From: Nemertoderma westbladi
Lineage: Eukaryota; Animalia; Xenacoelomorpha
Assembly: GCA_032718475.1 (NCBI GenBank)
Contig: JAUCBJ010004543.1
Span: forward strand, 62,001-126,000
DNA length: 64,000 nt
Direction of reading: 5' to 3'
Below, one piece after another: positions 39,901-51,900 of the stretch. Below the pieces are notes generated by a model. It ran no database searches. It worked only from the letters and a program-made list of their open reading frames with translations, and was not told the DNA's origin. Position numbers and translations under genes: made by a program. Within the stretch, counting starts at the first letter, position 1. Each line of letters starts with the position of its first letter.

Positions 39901-42900
39901 ACTGTAGCAGTAACCGGTAATTAACTGCTACAGTATATCAGTAGACGTTTTAATGGCTTTTTATAGCGAATTAAACGAGGCCTAAGAAACTGTGTGAGAA
40001 TATCACCATACACACGTACAATTTAATAAAAATGCCACATGCTTTATAATAATGTATTGGTACTGTACTGTAGGCCAGGTGAGATAAATATTGACAACAT
40101 AAAACTACTGTAATAACTTTGGGAAATGAGTACTACTGTACAGGGGCTAAAACTACGGGTGGGGGGGGGGGGGGGGTGCCTAGTGCCTACATACTATAAG
40201 TATGCCTACATACTGTAGTTCGTTAAGTTAATACAGTAGTTTTATGTTGTCATTATTTATCTCACCTACCCTACAGTACATAACCTTTACATTATTACAG
40301 TATATCAAGCATGTTGGTAAAGGGAACAGGTTTACATACCAAAATAATGGGGAACCAAAATAATAAGTGGGAGTTGAGAATTACTGGGCAACCCATTAAA
40401 TAAATATATAGTAAAAGTACATAGGACTGGCTGACTGTTAACAAAGGGGGAGAGCTACTAAAACTAATAACACTACTGTATGTTCGATTATTTGCCGAAT
40501 GGTGATTGGTCAGTATTACAGTCTGTACGGTACTCTAATTGAGAGTGCTTTGCATGCGTATCGCATGCGTCACGAATGGACCACGAATAATTTTAAGCGT
40601 GGCGTGGCTAAGCATTCGTATCGCATGTGGTACGAACGAATGAACCACGAATTATTTTTGTGTGGAGTGGAAGCATTCGTATCGCATGTGCCACGAATGA
40701 TGAGCCACGAATATATTTACAAGTGAAATCTCACATGCGATACGAATACTATACGCATTCGTTAAATTATTCGGACTGACGAACCATTGACGAAGGCTTC
40801 ACGAATCTTAAATAACATTGCACGCACCTTTTACGAATGCTGCATGTGGTACGAATGCGTTACGCATGGGGATTTTTTACTGGGAGTAGTATAGTTTCAT
40901 TTCTGGTTATTAGAATTTGTACAGTCAGACATGGCTAGCAATTTGTACTTACCTGCCTACTAATTCAGTATTTCGAAGATTGTTTCAGTTAGTGCTCTTT
41001 ACATGCAGTTTAGCTGTATAGTAGGTAAGGTACTAACTGTCTGTTTCGCAGTAGGCTACTTTACAATGCCTTATATAGTACAGTAGTATAGTTTCATTTC
41101 TGGTTATTAGAATTTGTACAGTCAGACATGGCTAGCAATTTGTACTTACCTGCCTACTAATTCAGTATTTCGAAGATTGTTTCAGTTAGTGCTCTTTATA
41201 TGCCGTTTAGCTGTATAGTACGTAAGGTACAACTGTCTGTCTGGCAGTACTTTACAATGCCTATGGATGGCGACGTAATCCATCGCCAAACCCGCAGAGG
41301 TGTGAGTGAAATTCAATTAGTTGTTTTGCCAGATGCAGATGTGTCAGACCCAGATAATTGCTCGGACGATGGTGAAGATTTTCCCGGATTCGTTGAGAGT
41401 AGTAGTGATTCTGATAGTAGCTTAGGCGAGGAGGAGTTTCATGGCTTTGATATCCCGGTTGTAGTAGGAATGGAAGCGACTCCACAAAAGCAACCTGCAA
41501 AACCTTGTAAAAGTAGTACCGGTACTGGTAGTTCCAAGTATGGGTCCTTCAAATGGCGGAAGGAGAAGAAAAATAAAATGGGGGTCCTCAAACCGCTGGT
41601 TCCATGTGTACCACAATGGAAGGGCGCATTAGGAGATAAACCAGATAAAGTAGATGAACCGATAGATTATTTTAAACTCTACTTTACTGAAGAGATGATT
41701 AACTTGATTTCGGTAGAATCGAATTTGTTTGCTGTCCAGTCTTTGTCGAAGTTCAGAACTTCTGATGAAGAAATGATGAAGAACGAAGATGATGAAGAAC
41801 GTGGCCGTGGTTCATGTGATTCGAAGGTTGATGCCAATAGTGGGTTGGCTATAGTGCGCTGGGTGGACAACAGGGTTGTACAACTTGCTTCTACGCATGT
41901 CTCTATTGCTCCAGTTGGACAGGTCAAGAGATGGTGCAAGAAGGAACGAAAGAAGATATTAGTAGACCAACCCGCCATTGTTGCAGAGTACAATAAAGCA
42001 ATGGGTGGAACTGACTTATTCGATATGTTGAGATCACTATACACATGCAACCATCGCTGTGATAAGTGGTACAGGAGAGTCTTTCTATGGGTACTGAATG
42101 TCGCTGTTGTAAATTCTTGGCTTCACTATAGGCGATCTTGTAATCAACTTGGCATCGCAGTTAAAAAGAGATACGATCTCCTCAGATTCACTGCTTCTGT
42201 GGCCTCTAGTTTGATCTTATGTGATAAGGCACCACCGAGTCTATCTAGGAAAAGGGGGCGGCCTGGCACTGCTACCCCACCTGTCTCAATTGACAGTCCA
42301 GCGCGCTCGCTCGGCTCGATTCCCAGTACCCCTGTTTCGTCTTCAAGCCCTGATCCAGCTTCAGCACGTTCTCGGTTCCACAATCCGTCGCTAAGGGAGC
42401 CTTCCATGAATATTCGAAAGGATGTTATTGCGCATTTTCCCACAATGGTAGATGTGAAATGTCGGTTGCGGTGTCGTCAATGTAAATTGAAGACTCAGGT
42501 GAAGTGCATGAAGTGCCTAGTGTTCTTGTGTATTCGCCCTGATCGGAACTGTTTTGTTGAATATCATTGTTGAATATATGATATGACTTATGAATGAATT
42601 TGAATATTTTTCGTGGAAGTTGGACTATCTCTACACGTATTCCACTTCGTATTCCACTTATCCCCTTCACTGAATATCCTGCTGGAACTGAGGTTCTTGG
42701 CTATCTTCCCCGGACTTCATGTTTCTAAAAATCATTTTCATATTACTACAGTTGATTAGTTATATTGTTCTTTAGTGATTTTTTTTATATTGGAGCAGTC
42801 AATATAAATATGCCAATTGAGTGTTGAAAAAATATATAATTTTGAGTAATTTTGTTATGTTATTTTTACACAATCAATAACTTACCGAGATGCACAACAC

Positions 42901-45900
42901 TGGCAGACTATCAGCACAACTGTGCATCGTAGTATACTGTGCCTGCAGGTCCACACAATTGATCAGCAACAAAATTCAACTTGGACTTGAAAATGGGTTA
43001 AATAAAATTTTAAATTTATTAAATAAACTTATAATTTATTATTATAACAATTTAAATTTTAATCAGAAAAAAAAACACAAAATATATACCAGAAAATATA
43101 GGTAATTCTAAATTGGTAAAAAATGACTTTGCAATATTCTCTTACACCCTTTGAAACCCGGGGGCCCATATATGACCCATGCTGGCAAAGGAAGAGAGTG
43201 TTTCGAAAAATTTTTTTTTTTAGCAAATTGTGTTATTGGGACCTAAAATGACCTGTTAAAACACAAAAATAATTTTTACCATGATGGGAACATAATTCGG
43301 GTCTGAAAGGATGTTATTTTTATTCTAAATTTGATTATTGATATCATTGATGATATTATTTACACTTCTAAGCCAAAATCTATATAATTAGCCTTTTTTA
43401 TTATAATATAATTGAATGCTTATGTCCACAGAGGTAGAATGTATTTATTGTTTCTATAAAATTTTCAAATATAATTACAAACTCCAAGCCGTAATGTAGC
43501 AGTTTATGTTTACAGTTTTCTTCTCGTGACGTTTGCATACATTAATTCATACATTATTGCGCTTATGCGAATAGATTATTGTCTCTCCCTCCCTCAGGTC
43601 GCGGTGGACAGCGTTCTCAAATCAGGCCGACAACTCGCGAGTAGAAGTTCTCATCCGAACGACGAATCAGATGTGGAGACAATGCGAGTAGAGTTGGTCC
43701 GCGTCTGGGATTCCACTTGCAGACTGGCGGCCGAGTGGCAACAGAAACTAGAGGATGGCCTGCTATTGGCTGGCCAACTCAAGGAGACCATCTACGTGCT
43801 CTCCAATTGGCTGGCGGAGATTGAACCTGGCCTATCGGAGGGCGCCCCTGTCCATGGTGACGTGGATACAGTGAAGTCATTAATTGAAGGTCACAAGGTA
43901 ATTAGTTAAAGTATTAATTTGGTTGTTTTTCCGGTTGTACTCCCTCGTCGTACAGACATAAAAACATTTCGTAACCTTTTGGGTCCCCATAATTAAACAG
44001 TTTGATCTGTTGTTTTAAGATTTACTGTTATATATCAATTTGTTAACCAATAAGTAATAGAGGTAATATTTGACCCATCATATTGATGGACCTTAGATCA
44101 GGTCATGAAGCACATTATCTTTTACTTTTAAAGATACAGCACCATCTGTCGTTGTAGTTGAGAATTAAATTTTACGGCCTTTCTTTCTAAATATAGCTTT
44201 TTTCCAACCGGAACAATAATATTTAATGAAAATTAAATTTATATTTAATTTAATTTATTATTAAATTATTTAAATAAATTATATTATTTATATATTATTA
44301 GTTAGTAATATTATTTAAATTGATACATATAGATTAATTAATGAAACCTATGTATATTATTTTTGTATTAACTTGTTTCCTAGGCTCTGCAGCGTGACGT
44401 CACCGCTCGTCACCGTTCCCTAGATACCATAGCAAAGAACATTGATCTGTTACCCGCCGAAGAGAGTCAGCTGTTGACCCGTGAATCCGCCAATCTAGCC
44501 AGCCAATGGGAACTCGCAAACTCCCTCGCTATAAATAAAGAGCACCGACTGGAAGAGTAAGTTTAGTAGCTGTACTGTATGTCACGTAAATGGAGTCTGG
44601 AGAATGTTAATTAGCGTTTACCATAACTTAATTAAGGCGATTAACGTGTTATTTAGCCAGTTTTAACGTTAATTGCGTATCTCCTCCAATATAGAGCGCT
44701 CGTTCAGGCTGAGGAGTTCGATATGAAGGTACACGGACTCATTGATTGGCTAAAGGAGATGGAACAACGGCTCCGATTCCACGGCCCATTGGTTGATTCC
44801 GATTCCGATCGGATTCCGACGGCCCAGGAACTCGTCGTCGATCAGATAGAGTCTCACAAACAGTTACAGGTTGGTTGCCTAGCAATAAACGTAGATTAGG
44901 TAGGAGGTAGGATAGTAATATTGCTAGTTTCTATGGTTTTACAGTAAATAGCTGGACGCCGCTGGTACAGTTAGCTAAATAATAAACAAATACCATTTTT
45001 TATTTTGTTGTATTGTTTATTGCAGAAAGAGATTGACAACCAGGAGATTGTACTACAAGATTGCATTGCCTATGGTGAAACCTTATTGCGAAAGAGCCAC
45101 GTCAATTCGCACAGAACATTGAAAAACTGGTTAACAGTGCTATCGGGTGGGTTGAATGACAATGTACCGTGTATATATTAGTTACTAAGAAATTACTAAG
45201 TTAATAAACAGAAACTGATTGGCGTAAGTTTGTGGTGCTGCTTCCCAGTGCAGTGTTAGACTTTCTTCACATCTTAGTTTCATAGTTCCCCCTTCGTCTC
45301 ACTTTGGTACTCATCTCGTGACATTCGACCACTTAGTTTCATTATAAAGCCACTCTCTGGGACGAAACCTATACAGCTATCAGCTAATCTTATAAGCAAT
45401 GAGTGCATGTAACTAATCTGTCACGTTTGCTTTTCAGTTTGAGTTGGTTTTACAAACCTACCGCTTAGATTTTTACTTGACTCATAAATAAATATTGTGT
45501 TGCGTTGATTTGTTATAATTAGTCGAATGACTCAACGATGAGTCAATAATGAATCAACAGTTATTTAAGTATGAAAAGTTTATGTTATGGAATTCCCGTT
45601 GTATTTGTAGCGCGATGGACCGATATTGTACACCAATCACATCGCCGTAATAGACTACTCCAAGAGACTTTACTTCAAATACAAAATAATGCCAAGCTAT
45701 TGGACGATCTGTTGGCATGGTTACACGACGCGGAGGAATCACTTAGCAGCAAAGATAAAGAAGTTCTACCAGACAATGTGGAGGAGGTACGTGTCATCTG
45801 TTGAATTAATTACAACTTTAAATATAATTATTATTATTTATTATTATTATTATTATTTAGTAGATTTAATTAAATTTATAAACTCAACTCTGATGTAACT

Positions 45901-48900
45901 TCCGGTGTTCTCACCTAGATGGAGCAGCTGTTACGAACCCATCAGGCCTTCCAGGACGATATGACGGCCAGACAGACCGACGTGGACGCCCTCACCAAAC
46001 CGTCCCGAGCCCCGTCGCCCCAGATCCGATCCGGGGTCCGACTCCGGTCCGCTTCCCCGGCGACCGGCCCCACCGCCATGTATCGGCCGGTGTCCGCCGG
46101 TAGTCTACCTAGCGCAGGAGGCAGACAACGTGCTGTATCTCCTGGACTCGACAGGTGAGTCATCCAATCTGTTTAGTATATCAACGCTTGTAATTTTCTA
46201 CTTGAACGGGTGAATGTGAAGAATACCAGACTTTCTGCTGTTATATTTTACTGTTTTCACTGAACAAACCCAGGTTGCAGAAAGCCTTAATCTAACCAAA
46301 ACAATAAACGAATTAGTTTCTTTGCGTTTAAAAATATACAAATTCTGCATATATAAGAATTCAATAAAATTTGAACCGAAAAGTGAAAAACTGGTATTAT
46401 TTACATGGGCGCTGGAACGAATAATGGAAGCTGTGAAAATCGCAATTGTTCCTCTGGTTTATGTAATCTCAATAAGCTTTCCGACGTATTAGTGACTTTT
46501 AAACAATAAATTCATTTATATTACTGAAAGAGTAATTTCGGTATTTGTTACCTTTGACTCATCTTTGCATCCCGGTTTAGATCCCGCATCCCTCGATTAC
46601 GTCACGACTCCTTCGATCGACTCACCAATAACGTTTCCCGCGGCCTCTTCTCCACCCCGAGGTCATTGACCCCCAAATCTAGGGAACCCAGTCCCGGGCC
46701 GGTCGAACGCAATCTCAAGAACCCAAAGGTCAACCAGATGTTTAACTCGTGGCGGACAGTGTGGCTGCTCTCAATCGAACGTCAACGCAGAATACAGGTA
46801 ACTTTATCTCGATTTAATAAACTAACATTTTAACATTCCAGTTTATTTCCTTATTTATCCCTATCGTATTTTCTCCCTTATTTCCCCCCTCTCATCTTCC
46901 AGGAGCGTTACGACCGACTAGCCGAAGCCCAGATTCGTTCCTCATTTAACTTCGACGATTGGCGCCGGAAGTACATTCGGTTTATGCGAAGTCGGAAGTC
47001 CCGGATTATGGATTTCTTCCGCCGACAGGACACCGACCACGATGGAAAAGTTTCTCGTACTGAGTTCATCGAAGGGATTATAAAGAGCGGTAAGTTGAAG
47101 AACACTGAATGTTGTGACGTCATTCTCCCTCTCTCTCCCCCCTTGAGGTTTGTGACTTCATCCCCATCTCTCCTCTCCCTTGTGGTTAGTAACGTCATTA
47201 GCCCTCTCTCTCTCTCTCCTTTGAGGTTTGTGACGCCATCCTCCCTCTCTCTCTCTTCCCCTTGAGGTTTGTGACGTCATCCCCCTCTCTCCTCTCCCTT
47301 GTGGTTAGTGACGTCATTCGCCCTCTCTCTCTCTCTCCTTTGTGGTTTGTGACGTCCATCTCTCCCTCTCTCTCTCTTCCCCTTGAGGTTTGTGACGTCA
47401 TCCCCCTCTCTGTCTCCCTTGTGGTTTGTGACGTCATCCCCCTTCTGTCTCCCTTGTGGTTTGTGACGTCATCCCCCTCTCTGTCTCCCTTTGGTTTGTG
47501 ACGTCATCCCCCTCTCTGTCTCCCTTGTGGTTTGTGACGTCATCCCCCTCTCTGTCTCCCTTGTGGTTTGTGACGTCATCCCCCTCTCTGTCTCCCTTGT
47601 GGTTTGTGACGTCATCCCCCTCTCTGTCTCCCTTGTGGTTTGTGACGTCATACCCATCTCTCCCCAGGTTTCCCGACGTCTCGGGCGGAGATGATGGCCG
47701 TCGCGAATATATTTGACGGCGATGGCGACGGGTTTATAGACTACCGAGAGTTCCTCGCCGCCCTGAAACCCGATCGCGGCCGCATGGAGGCGCCGCGTAC
47801 AGACGCCGAAAAGATCAGCGACGAAGTCAACCGCCAGGTGGCGCAATGCACCTGTTGCAAACGATACGACGTGGAGAAGATTAGCGACGGAAAATACCAG
47901 GTAAATTACGCGGGAAATTCAAAATATCTCGGAATCTGACTTTCTTGTTTCTATAGGGTGTTTTTTGTAGGTTGTGTACAAAACACAGACCCAAGACCCC
48001 AGACCCCCAGGTACAAAACACAGACCCCCCCAGGTACAAAACACAGACCCCCCCAGGTACAAAACACAGACCCCCCCAGGTACAAAACACAGACCCCCCC
48101 AGGTACAAAACACAGACCCCCCCAGGTACAAAACACAGACCCCCCCCCCCCCCCAGGTACAAAACACAGACCCCCCCAGGTACAACCAGACACGAGACTA
48201 CCTACCGTACTACAGCGTACAGCATATGTTAGTGGTTAGTTAGTACACACACTTCAGTCAGTGCAGTAGTACTACAGCAGTAGGCCCTACAGACCTAATA
48301 ATCCTGTAATCAGGTTGACACTTTTCCGGGTCGGTACCGGGTCGGGTACTACCAGTCTGCCAGTAGCGGCAACCGGTATATGTTTTCAGTCTTCAACCTG
48401 TCAACAGCGACGATAACCAGATAACCAGGATAAGGATTGGAACTGTGCTAGGCCTATACGCTACAGCGCTATACAGCTAGCACTGTAGCATATAGCACGT
48501 GTGGCTAAGTCACACGAATAGTTCCCAAAAGGCACTTTGGCATTTTTTCCAGATACATAAATAATTGCAACCAGCGTAAATGCCAAAATGCCAGAGTGCT
48601 TTTTGGGAACTGTAGTATAAATCCTTAAGAGTTCCCTAAAGGCACTTTGGCATTCTGGCATTTAATTGTAAATCATTATTAGTGATTATATTACTACATT
48701 ATACAGTACGCCTAAGTGTCTGAGTGTGCATAGAATAGTTAAGCAAAGTTTAGTTCCCCATCTCGGTGGGTGTACGATTAAATTAAATTAAAGCATACTA
48801 CCTATAGTATTAGGGGGGTCTGTGTTTTTTACCTGGGGGGGTCTGTGTTTTGTACCTGGGGGGGTCTGTGTTTTGTACCTGGGGGGGGGTCTTGGGTCTG

Positions 48901-51900
48901 TGTTTTGTACACAACCGTTTTTTGTAGGTTATCCGGAACGTACGATAGAGTTACATGTTGAAGATATAAATTGTTTGTTTCAGTTTGGAGACAACCAGCA
49001 GAAACGTTTAGTGCGGGTTTTACGGTCTACCGTTATGGTTCGTGTCGGGGGTGGATGGATGACCCTGGATGAGTTCCTAGTAAAGAACGACCCTTGTAGA
49101 GGTGAGTCACGCCCCTCATTAACAACCTCAGCCACCACTAAGTAAATAATTTTTGCTACAGAATTTTAGTAAATTCGCAATTTTTTCAGGGTTTCATTAA
49201 TTCTGTCCATTCATTCATCAGGTTGTCGTTAATCATTTTACCATCAGCGCAACAGTGAGTTCGATTGTATTTGCGAGTTTAATTATAATATAACTTACAG
49301 GCGTCATCATAATTTAAGCATGGACTTAGTATGTTTGTATTAATTAAATTAAAAATAACGTCAAACTACGTAATAACTGAGTTTAACTGACGTTTAACTG
49401 AGAACAGTCTTGCACGGCTCGGTGACAGTTGGATCTAACTGACACCCATTGGGTGTCATATGACACTCATTATCACCCTATGGGTGTCCTTGTGTGTCAT
49501 ATGACATCCAATTATCACCCTAGGGGTGTCCTTGGCGTATTAGGTTAGACTAATTAGACCATAATTCGAAGGTGTCATCAATTAATTAGTTTATTAATTA
49601 ATTAATAGTTAATTAATAAATTAATTAAAATGACGTCATAATGGGCGAGCAGTAACGGAGTTTTGCGATACAATATATTGGTTATTAGAAATTGAACTAA
49701 ATTGAAAATAAAAACGATATAATAAAAACAATACAAATAAATAAATAAAAATAAATACAATTAAATTAATAACAACAAATAATAGGGACGAGGTGTCATA
49801 TAAGGCTACGAGGCTATATACGAGGCTTCTTTGCACGACTCCGTGACAGTTGGACCTCACTGATGACCCATTGGGTGTCAGGGCGCTAATCGGTCTAATT
49901 AATTAGGATAATCAATTAGACCTCCATGAGGAGTCATAAGAGACACCAATTAGGGTTTAATTGTACTAATTAAGTGATGACACCTGCCAATTAGGGTCTA
50001 ATTAGCCTAATTAACAGGTGTCACCCAGACAGTCTGACGCCAATGACACCCAATGACACCCATAGCGTGATAATTGGGTGTCATATTATGATACCCAATG
50101 ACACCCATAGGGCGATAATGGGTGTCATATGACACCCAATGGGTGTCAGTTAGGTCCAACTGTCGCCGAGCAAGACTGTACTATTTTGATTGACTCTCCA
50201 TTAGACGGAATGGTATTGGCAGTGCGGAGTCCGTACCGGTATAGACCGCCGGGTGGCGTATCTCGCAGTTCTATAACGTCCTATTCCGGTTCCACTACTC
50301 CCAATACTCCATTACGTATCCATAGTAACCAACTGCTAGCCCCTAAACCCCGACCGAATAACCAACTCCTACCCCCTAAACATAGACCCGGTCAAGGTAA
50401 TAATATAAGTCTATCCCGTCTTACTGCCTCTTTGGTTGTTGGAGTTACAGCGTTCTGGTGGTTGCTATAGTAACCTGGTGCTAGCTTTCTACAATACGTC
50501 TCATTTTTATATTTATAACAGTATTTTAATGGTGATAAGGATTTGTTGTTATGGGTCTATTTCTATAACTAATCACTTTATTTTATTTTGACACAATCAG
50601 TGATGCGTTGGTTGCCGTTGTATCTGAGGTAACTCATAGCAACGATGCATGATTTATCTGTATAGTATATGAATGTAGTTGCCATAGCTACTATATGCAT
50701 GACATATACTTAGTACCTATTTATACGCATGAAGCAGCGCCAAACATATTGAAAATCAGCTCCTCTCCGCATGTATCTTGTAAATCTCCCTCCAAAAATC
50801 AAAACTATTTTATTATATATATGTATTTTCGCATTCAATGTTTATTAGTTAACTTGAATCCGCGTTTACACCCCTTTCCGGATCCAGTAACACTTTGTAA
50901 TTAACCTGAATCCATGTTTTACACCCCTTCCCGGATACAGTTACACTTTTTAATTAACTTGAATCCATATTTTACACCCCTTTCCGGATACAGTTACACT
51001 TTTTAATTAACTTGAATCCATGTTTTACACCCCTTTCCGGATACAGTAACTCTTGGTAATTAACTTGAATCCATGTTTTACACCACTTCCCGGATCCAGT
51101 AACTCTTGGTAATTAACGTGAATCCGCGTTTTACACCCCTTCCCGGATACAGTAACACTTTGTAATTAACGTGAATCCGCGTTTTACACCCCTTCCCGGA
51201 TACAGTAACACTTTGTAATTAACGTGAATCCGCGTTTTACACCCCTTCCCGGATCCAATAAAACTTGGTAATTAACTTGAATCCATGTTTTCACCCCTTC
51301 CCGGATCCAGTAACACTTTGTAATTAACTTGAATCAGCGTTTTACACCCCTTCCCGGATACAGTAACACTTTGTAATTAACGTGAATCCGCGTTTTACAC
51401 CCCTTCCCGGATCCAGTAACAGTTTGTAATTAAATTGAATCTGCGTTTTACACCCCTTCCCGGATACAGTAACTCTTGGTAATTAACTTGCATCCGTGTT
51501 TTCACCCCTTCCCGGATCCAGTAACACTTTGTAATTAACTTGAATCAGCGTTTTACACCCCTTCCCGGATACAGTAACACTTTGTAATTAACGTGAATCC
51601 GCGTTTTACACCCCTTCCCGGATACAGTAACACTTTGTAATTAACTTGAATCAGCGTTTTACACCCCTTCCCGGATACAGTAACACTTTGTAATTAACGT
51701 GAATCCGCGTTTTACACCCCTTCCCGGATCCAGTAACACTTTGTAATTAACTTGAATCAGCGTTTTACACCCCTTCCCGGATACAGTAACACTTTGTAAT
51801 TAACTTGAATCAGCGTTTTACACCCCTTCCCGGATACAGTAACACTTTGTAATTAACGTGAATCCGCGTTTTACACCCCTTCCCGGATCCAGTAACACTT

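Larger units (their letters stand above)
38552..43316 (+). mobile_element. piggyBac-family DNA transposon (internally deleted, degenerate ends) in intron 38456-43597
   Basis: Left end ttaa-ttcagaccc and right end gggtctgaaagg(atgtta). Subterminal gggcccatatatg motifs at ~38566, ~38910 (reverse) and ~43162. Transposase ORF inside. Confidence 0.75.

Noticed and set aside
47198-48243. Repetitive ORFs ([11 protein letters not shown].., PPGTKHRPP..)
   Set aside because: Translations of the 36-bp minisatellite and foldback arms.
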